Positions 43,513 to 54,738 of a stretch of 64,000 nucleotides of DNA are shown piece after piece (position 1 is the stretch's first letter; each line of letters begins with the position of its first letter). Source of the DNA: a bacterium (lineage in GTDB: Bacteria; UBA8248); NCBI GenBank assembly GCA_965202625.1, contig CBDBBI010000010.1:2176001-2240000 (forward strand), read 5' to 3'. The position numbers and the translations under genes are program-made. The notes beneath the pieces are model-generated. The model was not told the origin of the DNA. It saw only the letters and a program-made list of their open reading frames with translations, and ran no database searches.

Positions 43513-45228
43513 ATGAGAGGCAATCCTTTGCTCCTGATCGGCCGGTGCTTCCTCCAGGCGGCACCGGTCGTGATGGGCATTATCTTGGTGACGTTCATTC
43601 TGACGCGCGCTTTGCCTGGCGATCCTGCGGTATTCTTCGCTGGTCCCGCGGCGGATGAGAAATCCATCGCCGACATACGCGCCTCGCTCGGATTCGACAA
43701 GAGTTGGCCCGAGCAGTTTTGGCTCTACCTGCAGGGTTTGTCGTGTGGAGACTTGGGTAAATCCATCAGCACGGGTCAGCCGGTTCTGGAGGAACTCGCC
43801 ACGCGGTTGCCAGCTTCCTTGGAACTTACGCTCACGAGCCTATTGCTAGCCATCGCCATACCTCTGGGGGTGCTGGCGGCCACGCGGCCCAACTCATTTG
43901 TCGATCATCTCTGCCGGCTCGTCGTTACCATCGGTGTTTCGCTGCCCACTTTCTTTACCGGCCTGTTTCTAGTCTATGTCTTCTATTTTCTTCTGGGGTT
44001 CTCGCCCGCCCCTATCGGACGACTCAGCATCATTCATCTCGCTCCCGAGCATCTCACAGGCTTCTACCTCGTTGACAGCCTCATCGCGGGTGATTTCGAG
44101 GTCTTTCGCGCCGCGCTTTCGCAGATGATTCTTCCCGCCTCGACGTTGGCTATTTTCGCTTTGGCTCCGATTACACGCATGACGCGGGCCCGCGATGCTG
44201 GGGGTTTTATCGAGCGACTTCGTACGCACGGCGCGCGCGAGCGGCTTGTCGCGCCGTTCCATCCTCTGGATATACGCCTTTCAGAACGCCATCCTTCCCG
44301 GCCTCACTACGTTGGGAATGGTATTCTCTTTTTTGCTTGGAGCGAACGTTTTGGTGGAACAGGTCTTCGCTTGGCCCGGAATCGGCTCCTTCGCCATTGA
44401 GGCGCTTATCACTTCGGACTACGCTGTGGTGCAGGGCTTTGTTCTGACGATGGCGTTGATGTACTTGCTCCTCAACCTGGCGATTGACGTCCTCTATACA
44501 GCCATCGACCCGCGCGCCAGCGACATCGCCAACGCTCTAAAGCCGCCCTCGTGGGTTCATTTGTTCGGCACGGACAACCTGGGACGAGACGTTTTCAGTC
44601 GCGTCATTACGGCCACGCGGCTCGACTTGGCGATATCCGTGGCGGCTGTTTCGCTTTCTTTTGTCGCGGGAAGCGTTGCCGGTGCTTGCGCGGGTTACTT
44701 CGGCGGCGCAACGGGCAAGCTCATCGGTCGGCTCACCGACACCATCATGGCGTTTCCCCTGTTTGTGCTGGCCATGGGCATTGTATCCGCCCTGGGGAAT
44801 ACAATTGAAAACATCGTCTATACGACAGCCGTCATCAACTTTCCCTTCTACGCCCGCGTGGCGCGGGCTGAGACGAGCTCGCGCGCGAGGCGGGCTTCGT
44901 GGAGGCGGCGCGCCTCTCGGGGAAATGGACACGAACGGGTTCTTTTCTTCCACATGTGGCCCAACATCATGCCGCCGATGATGGTGCAGATATCGCTGAA
45001 TATGGGTTACGCGATACTGAACGCCGCGGGTCTTTCTTCATCGGCCTCGGCGTCCGGCCCCCGACCCCTGAGTGGGGGATCATGGTGGCCGAGGGGGCCA
45101 AGTTCATCGTCTCGGGCGAGTGGTGGCTCGCCATCTTTCCCGGAGCCGCTCTGATGCTCGCCGTGTTGTGCTTCAACCTTCTGGGCGATGGTCTCCGAGA
45201 CCTGAGCGGCCCGAGAATGCGAGCCTGA
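43513..45228 (+). pseudogene. Two degraded DppB/DppC-like permease genes joined by a deletion
   Basis: LPGDP, RLPASLEL, DFVRTARASG, FGTDNLGRDVFSR, PTPEWG; several frameshifts; junction IDPRA|SDIANAL. Confidence 0.85.
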
Positions 45229-46610
45229 TGGAGTCCCCCATTCCTCTCTTGGTCGTCAACGACCTCTCGCTTGAGTTCCGCACGCGCACCGGCATTGTCA
45301 AGGCACTGGAAAACGTGAGCTTCGAGGTTGAAAAAGGGCAGACGGTTGGCGTGGTTGGCGAGAGCGGATCGGGCAAGTCCGTTATGTCTTACGCCATTAT
45401 GGATATCTCCGATCCGGCGGCGAAAATCACCTCGGGTCAGGTTGTTTTTGGAGGCGTTTCTTTGCTTGGGAAATCCGGAAGCGAACTGGAAGAGATGCGA
45501 GGACGCGAGATAGCGATGATCTTTCAGAGTCCAAGAACGGCGCTGAACCCCATCTGAACCATTGGCAGACAACTCGAGGACGTCATTTATCGCCATAGCA
45601 GCTTTCGCGGCTGACAGATTCGTGTGCGCGCGATCGACCTGCTCAACCAGGTGTGCATCCCTGATCCGGAAAAACGCTATAATGCTTATCCATCTGAGAT
45701 TTCTGGTGGTATGTGTCAGCGCGTGATGATAGCGATCGCAATCTCTTCGGACCCTTGGCTCCTCATTGCGGACGAACCTGTAACCGGTCTGGACGTCACG
45801 ACCCAGGCGTTGATCATGGACCTTGTCAGTGACGCCGCGCGTGAACGCAACATGGCCACCATTCTCGCACTCGATGGACACGTCGTCGAGGTTGCCGATA
45901 CCGAGCGCCTGTTCATGCGCCCAAGGCATCCCTACACGGCGAAACTGATTCGCGCCACGCCGAACACAAACGGAGACATGACGGAGCTTTCCTCAAAAAA
46001 TTTCCTATCAGCCAAGGCGGGGCGCTTCGCAGGGCTTGGAGCGCTTTGCGGGGAATGGGGACGCAAAGGGAAGGCGAGACGGACTATCTCCACGCCGTGG
46101 ACGAAGTGTCCTTTTCAATCAAAGCAGGGGAGAGCGTCGGCCTCGTCGGCGAGTCAGGTTGCGGGAAATCTACACTCGCCCGTTTAATCGCCCGCCTGCA
46201 AGATCCCACGTCGGGCGATATTGTTTTTGAGGGGAGAAACATAGGGAGGATTCCGTCGACTCTTCTGCCAACGGGTTCTGGTGATGTACCTCGGCAAGAT
46301 CGTAGAGGCTGGCCCTACAGGGGAAATTTTGCGCCGCCCGCGTCACCCTTATACACAAGCGCTCCTCTCCGCTATACCTGTTGTTGACGCGACCGAGCAC
46401 ACCAAACGGGTCCGACTGACCGGCGAGGCGATGAGTCCCATCAATCCTTCCCCGCGCATCTGTCGGTTTTATAGCCGTTGCCCGCAGAGGGAGGAGAAAT
46501 GTAAAAAAGAGATGCCCACGCTCATGTCCTATTCTCACGGAATCGAGGCCGCCTGCCACTTTCCATTGGAGAGAAGGGAGAGTGCCGGAATACCGGCGGC
46601 CACTTCGTGA
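45228..46610 (+). pseudogene. Two degraded DppD/DppF-like ABC ATPase genes
   Basis: GESGSGKS, ISGGMCQR, GESGCGKST, HPYTQALL, CRFYSRCP; nonsense TGA 45555-45557, frameshifts and deletions. Confidence 0.85.
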
Positions 46611-46735
46611 GTGGCGGCTCAGTGAAACCAAGGTTGGGGTCTGGCAGCTTGCGCTCGAAAAATGCATTGCGAAGGAGGTGGTGCGGGAACATGGCACCGC
46701 GCGTCTTTTGATCTGAAACCCTCGGAGGAGGCGCC

Positions 46736-47707
46736 TTATTTGCGGATGGTGCCAAAACTGAAGCCCGTGATGAGATGCTTTTGAATCAAGACGCCGAGAA
46801 TGACCACAGGGATGGTGATCACGGTGCCGATCGCCGCTTGGGGGCCGTAGAGTCTGCCCTCCACGGCGCTTTGGAACTTATTGAGTAGGATGGGGAGGGT
46901 GATTACGTTCGGCTGGGTCAGTGTCAGCGCGAGCAGAAATTCGCTCCAGTTCAGAATGAAGATGAAAAGAAAAGTCACCACCATGCCTGGAGCAACTAGG
47001 GGGATGACCACGCGGCGCAGCGTGTAGATTCGGCTCGCGCCCATAATTTGAGCGGCGTGTTCGATGGTATAGGGGACCTCCTCAATGAAGTTCAGCATCA
47101 TCCAGATGACAAACGGCAACGTGGTTGCCGTGTAGAGGAGCCCGAGGCCGATGTAGGTGTCGATCAGGCTGATTCGGAATCCGAGAATCGCCTGGGATGA
47201 GAACGGAATCAGAATGGCGTAGTACATCACGATGGGGATCGCGATAACGATGGGCGGCACCATCCGGATGGTCAGAATCATGTAGCGGAAATACTTTCCG
47301 CCGACGTTGAACCTCGATATCGAATAGGCCAGAAACGTCCCCAGCAGAAGCGCGGCCAAGGCGCTGAGAGAGGCGATAAGCATCGAATCTCTCACCGCTC
47401 CCCAGATGGCGTAGGCCTGTTCGGTGGCTTCCCGGCTGAGGCTTTCGCCGTGCCCGGCCAGAGTGAAAATTTGTTGGTAGTTCAGAAGAGTGGGTTCGTA
47501 CCCCCCGCCGAGGAAGGTCGGAAACCAGTTCGGCGGCCAGGCGACCCAATCGCCCGAATCCTTGAAGGAAGTCGATATCATCCAGAAGATCGGAAACATA
47601 ACAATCATGGCCCAGCCCAGCAGCATGGCGTGGCGGAACCAAACGAAAAGGTTGTGCCGTTTGGCGAAAGAGATATCTGATCGGTCGGAGCGGGCATCGT
47701 TCATCAT
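46736..47707 (-). CDS. Carbohydrate ABC transporter permease (MalG-like)
   Basis: IEHAAQIMGAS EAA loop, FILNWSEF; ATGA overlap with the upstream permease. Confidence 0.9.
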   Translation of the reverse strand: MMNDARSDRSDISFAKRHNLFVWFRHAMLLGWAMIVMFPIFWMISTSFKDSGDWVAWPPNWFPTFLGGGYEPTLLNYQQIFTLAGHGESLSREATEQAYAIWGAVRDSMLIASLSALAALLLGTFLAYSISRFNVGGKYFRYMILTIRMVPPIVIAIPIVMYYAILIPFSSQAILGFRISLIDTYIGLGLLYTATTLPFVIWMMLNFIEEVPYTIEHAAQIMGASRIYTLRRVVIPLVAPGMVVTFLFIFILNWSEFLLALTLTQPNVITLPILLNKFQSAVEGRLYGPQAAIGTVITIPVVILGVLIQKHLITGFSFGTIRK

Positions 47708-48654
47708 CTTAGTCGTTCCTCTTCGACGATGGAGCGCTCCCGGACGAGCAAATGAATTCCATAGAAGATGAGTGCTCCAAACATGAAGAGCAGCAGGACC
47801 GAGGCGGCGGCGCCGAAGCTGTATTTGTTGAACTGCCACACCTGACGCCAGAGGAAGAACGCGATGGTTTCAGTCGAAGTCCCCGGGCCGCCGAAGGTGA
47901 GCAGCACGGAGAGGTCAAAAAGTTTAAGCGCTTCCATCGATCGGATGATGACGGCGATCGTGATCGCAGGCTTGAGTAGCGGCAGATGGATTTGCCAGAA
48001 TATCTGCCATCGGTTCGCCCCCAGAACACGAGCGGCGTTGGTGAGCTGCTGGGGAAGGGCGGTGAAGCCGGAGAGGAAAATCAGGAACGTCAGCGATGTC
48101 CACTGCCACACGTCGGCGAGGATGATCGCCCACTGGGCGGCGATGGGGTGAGAGAGCCAGCGGATGCGGGGGTTGATTCCCAAAGTCTCCGTGATCGGGG
48201 ATAGAATCTGGTTAAGGGGCCCTGAGTCGATATAGATCATCGAGAAATTATAGCCCCCGACGACTGGCACCACCATCATGGGGATCAGAAAAATGGTGAT
48301 GTAAAATCGCCTGCCCCGAAACTGCTTGTAGGCCAGCATGGCGAGAAGGAAGCCCAGGAGCAATTCAAGGATGACCGCCGTTCCGGCGAAATAGAACGTC
48401 CGTCCGAGTGCCCACCAGAAATCCTCGTTGGTGAGGACGCGAACGTAGTTCAGAAGGCCGTGAAAATAAGCCATCTCGAAGGGGCGGTTGGCGCGCCATT
48501 TGAGGAGGCTGATGTAAATCGTGAGTAGGAAGGGAATGGCGAGAAGCAGGAGGAAAATAGCCTCCACCATGACGAACGGAATCAGGCGGAACACCCTTTC
48601 CTGTCCCAGCCAGGCGGAGAAGCTTCGGCGTTCTGTTGTTGGGGCTTGGTTCAT
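47704..48654 (-). CDS. Carbohydrate ABC transporter permease (MalF-like)
   Basis: GLLNY, DVWQWT, AARVLGANRWQIF, GGPGTSTET. Confidence 0.92.
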   Translation of the reverse strand: MNQAPTTERRSFSAWLGQERVFRLIPFVMVEAIFLLLLAIPFLLTIYISLLKWRANRPFEMAYFHGLLNYVRVLTNEDFWWALGRTFYFAGTAVILELLLGFLLAMLAYKQFRGRRFYITIFLIPMMVVPVVGGYNFSMIYIDSGPLNQILSPITETLGINPRIRWLSHPIAAQWAIILADVWQWTSLTFLIFLSGFTALPQQLTNAARVLGANRWQIFWQIHLPLLKPAITIAVIIRSMEALKLFDLSVLLTFGGPGTSTETIAFFLWRQVWQFNKYSFGAAASVLLLFMFGALIFYGIHLLVRERSIVEEERLR

Positions 48655-48738
48655 TTTTTCATCTTTTATTGTGTATCGCGCAGGACGCCTGCCCCGGTCT
48701 TTGTTGCGCGCCGGAGCAGGCGCCCTTAGGCGCCGTGC

Positions 48739-50208
48739 TTAATTCGTCGGCGCGAACTTGTCGATATAGGCGCCGCTGGCGACGCTCTTCCTCCAAGCGT
48801 CGATCTGCTCTGCCCGACCGATGTCTTCGGTGACGCGGTTCCAGCCTTTCTCTATGTTCTTCGCTGCCTGTTCTGCGGATATGTTGCCTTGCATAACCTG
48901 GGCCAGGTTTTTGTCGAGCACGTTGAAATACTCGTAGTTGCCCTCGATCATGAGAAGAGAGATGGCGTTTTTCGCGTTCTTCATCGTCATCTTGACGAAA
49001 GGCTCGGTGTGTTTGGCGAGCACCGCCTTGTTCGTCAGGTTTGAGGCGCGCATCGGGTCCCAGAAGCCCTTGGGATCGGCGATGGCTTCATCGCCCTTGG
49101 TCGGGCCCGTGAACCACTGGATGAAGTAATAGGCGAGCTCGGGGTGCTTGCCATGCGCATTCACCATGTAGCCGGTGCCGGCCGCCTGGGGAGCGCGCTG
49201 GGCCAGCTTGCCGTTCACTTGGACAGCAGGAACCGGGCAGGCGAGTTGGTTCCCGCTGATCTTGCTCTTCGGGCTGCGGTTGGCGTAGCCCATCGCCGAG
49301 GGGAAGGACATGAAGGAGAAGGCCTGTCCGCTTCCCCAGTGGGGGTAGAGCTGCGGCGTTCCCCAACCCTGCACGTCAGGAGGCATATACTTGACGATGG
49401 AGGAGAATTCCTTGATGGCCCGGACGCCGTTCGGAGTGTTGATGGTGGGGTTCATGTCCCTGTCGAAAAGCAATCCGCCCATATAAGCCGGAAAGTGCCG
49501 GTAGGAGAAATTGATGCTCCGGTAGGCCTGGGCACCGTAGAGCGGCTGGTCGAACTTTTTGCCCCAGCGCGTCTCACCCTTTTTCGTGTGGAAGAACTTG
49601 GCCATCTGTTCCCATTCGGCCATCGTATCGGGGCAGCCCGGCTCTTTGCCGAATTTGGTTTTGTATTCGGCCGCTCCCAGTTTCATGATGTCGGAGCGCA
49701 GGAACAAGGCGAGGTGGTCGCCGTCCAGAATGAACCAGTAGTGTTTTCCCTTGTAGGTTTGCTGCGCCAGAAGACCGGGGTCGATGCCCGTGAAGTCAGG
49801 CTTTCCCTTCGCCATGAAGGCGTCAAGCGGCTGAAGAACGCCGGCGCCCACGGCGTCCGGTATGACGTAGGGGAAGTGGTTGATGATGTCGTACTGCCCC
49901 GTCTTCGCTATGGCTTCCGCCATGATTTTGGCCGGAATGTCCGTGTAGCCATACTGGATGGTGTTGATCTTGACGCCGGTGAGTTCCTCCCATTCTCTGA
50001 GGTATTTCGGCTGAGAGTTTTTGAAGAGCGAAATCAGAAGCATGGTCTGGGTCGGATTCTTCAGATTGTGCTTCTTGACGTACGCCTTCGCCCCATTGAT
50101 GGCCCGCTCCTCCACCGTCGCGCCAGGCAAGGCCTGAGCGATGGCCCCTGAGGCCATAAATCCCGTGAGGCCCATCAGTATCAGCGCTGAGAAAATGATT
50201 CTCTTCAT
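48739..50208 (-). CDS. Extracellular solute-binding protein (family 1, sugar-type)
   Basis: Signal peptide MKRIIFSALILMG after GGAGGA; WEELTGVKI; operon context. Confidence 0.85.
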   Translation of the reverse strand: MKRIIFSALILMGLTGFMASGAIAQALPGATVEERAINGAKAYVKKHNLKNPTQTMLLISLFKNSQPKYLREWEELTGVKINTIQYGYTDIPAKIMAEAIAKTGQYDIINHFPYVIPDAVGAGVLQPLDAFMAKGKPDFTGIDPGLLAQQTYKGKHYWFILDGDHLALFLRSDIMKLGAAEYKTKFGKEPGCPDTMAEWEQMAKFFHTKKGETRWGKKFDQPLYGAQAYRSINFSYRHFPAYMGGLLFDRDMNPTINTPNGVRAIKEFSSIVKYMPPDVQGWGTPQLYPHWGSGQAFSFMSFPSAMGYANRSPKSKISGNQLACPVPAVQVNGKLAQRAPQAAGTGYMVNAHGKHPELAYYFIQWFTGPTKGDEAIADPKGFWDPMRASNLTNKAVLAKHTEPFVKMTMKNAKNAISLLMIEGNYEYFNVLDKNLAQVMQGNISAEQAAKNIEKGWNRVTEDIGRAEQIDAWRKSVASGAYIDKFAPTN

Positions 50209-50345
50209 CTTGATTCCTCCTCCCTTCGCGTTAGAAATGGCGATAGCACGCTTCCAAATCGCCGAGGTCGAACACAAAACCTCCGAGGCTGCTCCCAGCT
50301 CCCAAACCTTCGTTTTTCCTTTCATGGGTGCCTCGCAGACTTAAT

Positions 50346-51419
50346 TTACAGCCGCAACCCGCTGTCGGCATCGAAAAAATGCATTCCGCTGGACTGAAAA
50401 CCAAAATGGATTTTCTCGCCCGGGGTGAATTCGCGCTCGGCGTCCACCTTGGCCACGAGGAATTCTTCGCTGCCGCAGGAGAAGAATATGAGCGTTTCGT
50501 CTCCCATCGGCTCGATGAGTCTGACCTCGCCGTGCGCGCCCTCCTCCCCGATGGTCACATTCTCCGCGCGCGCCCCAAGGTGGATCGGCTGATTGCCGAC
50601 AGATGCGGGTACGATGTCCGGATCGATGCTTGTCTCGAAATGCGCGGACGCGAACCTCAACGAACCATCCTTCTCGCCAATGCGTCCCGAAATGATGTTC
50701 ATCGCTGGTTGACCAAAGAACGTGGCGACGAACTGATTTTTAGGCTTTCTGTATATTCCGAGCGGCGTGTCGATTTGCTGCACGTGCCCGCCTTCCATGA
50801 CCATGATGCGGTCCGCCATCGTCATGGCTTCGGCCTGATCATGGGTGACGTAGACGAAGGTAGATTTCAACTCCTCGTGGAGGCGCTTGAGTTCTGTGCG
50901 CATTTCGATGCGCAGTTTGGCGTCCAGACTGGAGAGCGGCTCGTCCATGAGCAACACTTCCGGCTCGGTTACAATCGTTCGCGCCAGGGCGATTCGCTGC
51001 GCCTCGCCTCCGGAGCATTGGGCGGGTTTTTTGGAAAGCAGGTGGGATATTTTCATGGTTGTGGCGACCTTTGAAACCCGCTCTCTTAGCTCCGCTTCGG
51101 CAACCTTGTCCACGCGCAAACCAAAAGCGATGTTTTCAAAAACGCTCATGTGGGGAAACAGGGCGAGGTCTTGAAACACCATGCCCAAGCCGCGGTCCCC
51201 CGGATCGAGGTGATTCACCACGCGATCGCCGATCAGCATTGTGCCGCTCGTGGGCTCCTCGAAACCGGAGATCATGTTGAGCGTGGTGGTTTTTCCGCAG
51301 CCCGAAGGTCCGACCACCACCATGAACTCCCCGTCAATGACATCAAGGTCGACTCCCGCGACTGCGGTGACGTTTTCCCCGAATTTCTTGATCAGACTTT
51401 TGAGCGTAATGGACGCCAC
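50346..51419 (-). CDS. ABC transporter ATP-binding protein (MalK/UgpC-like)
   Basis: GPSGCGKTT, CSGGEAQR, LLMDEP, YVTHDQAEAMTMADRI, TOBE tail. Confidence 0.93.
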   Translation of the reverse strand: MASITLKSLIKKFGENVTAVAGVDLDVIDGEFMVVVGPSGCGKTTTLNMISGFEEPTSGTMLIGDRVVNHLDPGDRGLGMVFQDLALFPHMSVFENIAFGLRVDKVAEAELRERVSKVATTMKISHLLSKKPAQCSGGEAQRIALARTIVTEPEVLLMDEPLSSLDAKLRIEMRTELKRLHEELKSTFVYVTHDQAEAMTMADRIMVMEGGHVQQIDTPLGIYRKPKNQFVATFFGQPAMNIISGRIGEKDGSLRFASAHFETSIDPDIVPASVGNQPIHLGARAENVTIGEEGAHGEVRLIEPMGDETLIFFSCGSEEFLVAKVDAEREFTPGEKIHFGFQSSGMHFFDADSGLRL

Positions 51420-51831
51420 CTCAATTTTCCCCTTGAAATTGGATGGTCAACGAGCATCACCAAAACCCTATGAGCAATGCGTCAACATATTTATCGCCTC
51501 GAGCCTTGAATGATGAGCAGCTCGCTCTTATTTTCAAATTTTAACCTATTTTTATACTTTCACATTATACATTATACTATCAGTCATTCCGATTTTCCAA
51601 CCTCCCCCCGCTCGCTTGTTCGGGGATGATGAGGCGTCTGGTGAGAAGTCGTTTCCTTCCGCGTATGCGTTGGAACGCCCATCGGTTGCACCGCAGCGAA
51701 ATCCATCACCCACCGGCTGCCCCACGCCTTCCTGCAGCCTCCATGGTTGAATTTATTTATATAACTTGAATACTGGAGCCAGGCGTCGATCAAATGAACG
51801 CGATATTTTGGTGGATGGCGGAGAGAGAAAA

Positions 51832-52539
51832 GTGTCGCAAAGGATTCTCGTCGTAGAGGATGAGTCCGATATTCGTGAACTCCTGACTTACAACATGGAG
51901 GCGGAAGGGTTCGAAGCATTGGGTGCGGCCAATGGCGAGGAGGCTTTTCATATCCTCAGGGATGAGTCGATTCAGTTGGTCATTCTCGATCTGATGTTGC
52001 CGGACGTTTCTGGCCTGGAGATTTGTCGCTACATTCGGCGCGATTCTTCCCTCGCTCATCTCCCCGTCATCATGTTAACCGCCAAGGGTGAGGAGATAGA
52101 CCGGATCGTCGGCTTTGAATTGGGCGCGGATGATTACGTGACCAAGCCCTTCAACATCAGAGAGGTGCTCCTGCGGGTGAAAGCCGTGCTCGCGCGCTCA
52201 AAGGCGACCGTGGGGCTTGCGGGAAAAGCGCTCCGGCGCGGCGCGCTCGTCATCGACCCCGAACAGCACGAAGCGACAGTGAACGGACGCCAGATTCTCT
52301 TGACGGCGACGGAGTTCCGGCTTTTGCACCACCTGGCGGCTCACTCCGGGCGCGTTCAGAATCGCGATGAGTTGCTCGACGTAATCTGGGGGGAAGACAA
52401 ATTCGTCACCCCGCGCACCGTCGACACGTACATCCGCCGCCTTCGGGAGAAACTCGGCTCCGCCGGAGACATGATCCAGACGCTTCGGGGCGTGGGGTAT
52501 CGGTTTCAGAAAATGTCCGAAGGCGGATTCCCTCCCTGA
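51832..52539 (+). CDS. phoB: Phosphate regulon response regulator (OmpR family)
   Basis: ILVVEDE, LDLMLP, GADDYVTKPF, RTVD, TLRGVGY; upstream of phoR and pst. Confidence 0.88.
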   Translation: MSQRILVVEDESDIRELLTYNMEAEGFEALGAANGEEAFHILRDESIQLVILDLMLPDVSGLEICRYIRRDSSLAHLPVIMLTAKGEEIDRIVGFELGADDYVTKPFNIREVLLRVKAVLARSKATVGLAGKALRRGALVIDPEQHEATVNGRQILLTATEFRLLHHLAAHSGRVQNRDELLDVIWGEDKFVTPRTVDTYIRRLREKLGSAGDMIQTLRGVGYRFQKMSEGGFPP

Positions 52540-52560
52540 TGCCTAGAAAGCATTCCGGAT

Positions 52561-54336
52561 ATGCGCAGGTCATTTTACAAGAAATGGATGGCGAGCTATC
52601 TCGTGGTCATCACCGTAGTCTTCACTGCGGGATTGATCTATCTCCATTTCGGCTTCTCCGCGCAGTGGATGAAAAAAGCGAGGGAGAATCTTGCGCGCAA
52701 CGCACGTCTCGCGCGCTACCAGTTGGCTTCGTTGCCCTCCAAGGGTTCTGAGAGCAAACGAATGGATGAGCTCGCCGATGGAATCGCCCGCGCACTTGGC
52801 GTCCGGGTGACGATCATATCTGCGGCGGGACAGTTGCTCTCTGATTCCCATCTTGCCCTTGGTGGCTCCGCTCAAGTCGAAAGACGCGCCGCCCGGCCCG
52901 AAGTCATAGCGGCCAGAAAGAAAGGGGTGGGTTCGAGCGTCCGTCACAGCCAGACGCTTGGCGGAGACTCGCTTTACCTGGCCCTTCCCATAGACGCGGG
53001 CCCGGTTTCGGGAGGCGTGATTCGGCTGGCGATGCATCTTGGCGAGATCGAGGAGGCGATCTACGAGATGTGGCGACTTCTCCTCGTATTTGGCGTTTTC
53101 GCGCTTCTGCTCGCCGTTGCAGTCAGTTTGGGGGCGGGCGCGATCGTACGGCGGGGATTTTACGACATCTACAGCGCCGTGGAAAAAATTTCCCGCGGCG
53201 ACTTCAGTCGTCGAATCGCTTCCCGACGCAAGGACGAGCTGGGAGACTTTGCGCGGACAATGGACAGGCTCGCCTCAGAGGTGGAAGCCCGTCTTGATGA
53301 ATCGCGCTACGAACGTGAGCGCCTAGAGGCGATTCTTGAAGGAATGACCGAAGGCGTCATGGTCACGGACGTTTCTGGGGATATCCTTCTCGTGAATGCC
53401 GCGCTGAGGGATTTCTTCCCCTCGCTTCCGGGGTTCGAGGACGGATCGCCGATTCCCCTGGAAGCCGTGCGCTCCACCGAGGTGCAAGAGACGGTGCGGG
53501 AGATGCTCTCGCGCTCCGCCGCTCGGATGGAGCGCGAGGTGAAAATCCTTCCTGCCCGAACGCTGACCTTGCACGCCAAGCGACAGGGGTCGGAAAAAGA
53601 ACCGAACCTCGTTCTGGTATTTCACGATATCACGGAAATGAAGCGGCTTGCGGGAGTGCGGCGGGAGTTCACTTCCAATGCCTCGCATGAGTTACGCACG
53701 CCCCTGACGGCAATACAGTGGGCGTCCGAGACGCTCCAGCAGACCGCGCACGCAGACCCAGAAGCGACGCGCAGGTTCGCCTCGACCATCGCCCGGCACG
53801 CCCGGCGCCTCTCTGCCTTGGTGGAGGACCTGTTGGAGTTGGGCAAGATAGAGTCGAAGGAAGAGCACGTTCGACCCGAGGAGGTTTCCATCCGAGGCGC
53901 GATGGACTCAGCCGCGCATACTTTGGGCCCCCTCGTTGAGGAAAAAGGAGTTCGCCTGGACGTGGAGATTCCCGAAGAGGCCGACCAGGTGTGGGCGGAT
54001 CCCATGGCGCTGGAGAGGATTCTGATCAACCTGGTGGAAAACGGGGTGAGCTTCAGTGCCGAGGGAAACGCGGTCACCGTCTCCGGGCGCCTGCGCGAAG
54101 ATGGTTTTGTCGAGATCGCGGTGGCTGATCGGGGAGAAGGAATTCCCCCCGAGCACCTCCCCCGGATATTCGAGCGGTTCTACCGGGTGGATTCGGCCCG
54201 CTCTCGAGATAATGGAGGCACGGGCCTCGGGCTCTCCATCGTGAAGCATCTCGTTCAGGAAATGGGAGGAGACGTGCGGGTCGAGAGCACGCCTGGCCGA
54301 GGTTCCACCTTTCGCTTCACCGTTCCCACTCCTTGA
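52561..54336 (+). CDS. phoR: Phosphate regulon sensor histidine kinase
   Basis: Two TM segments, HAMP, PAS, ASHELRTPLT, FERFYRVD, GGTGLGLSIVKH. Confidence 0.9.
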   Translation: MRRSFYKKWMASYLVVITVVFTAGLIYLHFGFSAQWMKKARENLARNARLARYQLASLPSKGSESKRMDELADGIARALGVRVTIISAAGQLLSDSHLALGGSAQVERRAARPEVIAARKKGVGSSVRHSQTLGGDSLYLALPIDAGPVSGGVIRLAMHLGEIEEAIYEMWRLLLVFGVFALLLAVAVSLGAGAIVRRGFYDIYSAVEKISRGDFSRRIASRRKDELGDFARTMDRLASEVEARLDESRYERERLEAILEGMTEGVMVTDVSGDILLVNAALRDFFPSLPGFEDGSPIPLEAVRSTEVQETVREMLSRSAARMEREVKILPARTLTLHAKRQGSEKEPNLVLVFHDITEMKRLAGVRREFTSNASHELRTPLTAIQWASETLQQTAHADPEATRRFASTIARHARRLSALVEDLLELGKIESKEEHVRPEEVSIRGAMDSAAHTLGPLVEEKGVRLDVEIPEEADQVWADPMALERILINLVENGVSFSAEGNAVTVSGRLREDGFVEIAVADRGEGIPPEHLPRIFERFYRVDSARSRDNGGTGLGLSIVKHLVQEMGGDVRVESTPGRGSTFRFTVPTP

Positions 54337-54657
54337 AGGAGAGGGAAATTTCCTTCTCTCGGACTCAAGGGTGCGCGCGCCTCTTAAATCGCACAGTGCA
54401 GACAGTGAGGCGGGCATCTTGAAAAATTGGTTTATCCGAAAAATCACCTGACCGCCACGCTGCTTTAACATTCCCCCCCGCTTTCTGCACTATATTCCAC
54501 GCGCTCGGAGATCGATCGCGGCAAAGAGCGCTTCTGCTCATGGCCGCTGACGCGCAGTCCGCAGTCGCTATAAAGGGCGATGCCGTTCTCTGGGCACCGA
54601 CGCTCGTGGCGAGTGCGCGTTCCGCTGTCGCAGGTGGAAAATGCCGATGTCGCGGTA

Positions 54658-54690
54658 TGTTCAATGCTTTGTCACGCAAATGTAACAAAG
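54658..54690 (+). promoter_or_regulatory. Pho box upstream of pstS
   Basis: 11-bp-periodic repeats TGTTCAA 54658, TTGTCAC 54669, ATGTAAC 54680. Confidence 0.7.
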
Positions 54691-54738
54691 TTTTTTGCTT
54701 TTTCCTGTAGTTTTAACCTGATTAGAGGAGAGGACAGG

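Noticed and set aside
45555-45557. In-frame TGA in the DppD-like ATPase as a possible Sec codon
   Set aside because: It lies in an operon with many other lesions and is best explained as a nonsense mutation (e.g. CGA to TGA)
51556-51582. dif-like sequence ACTTTCACATTATACATTATACTATCA
   Set aside because: The spacer length and XerD arm match the consensus poorly; it is more likely part of an AT-rich divergent promoter region
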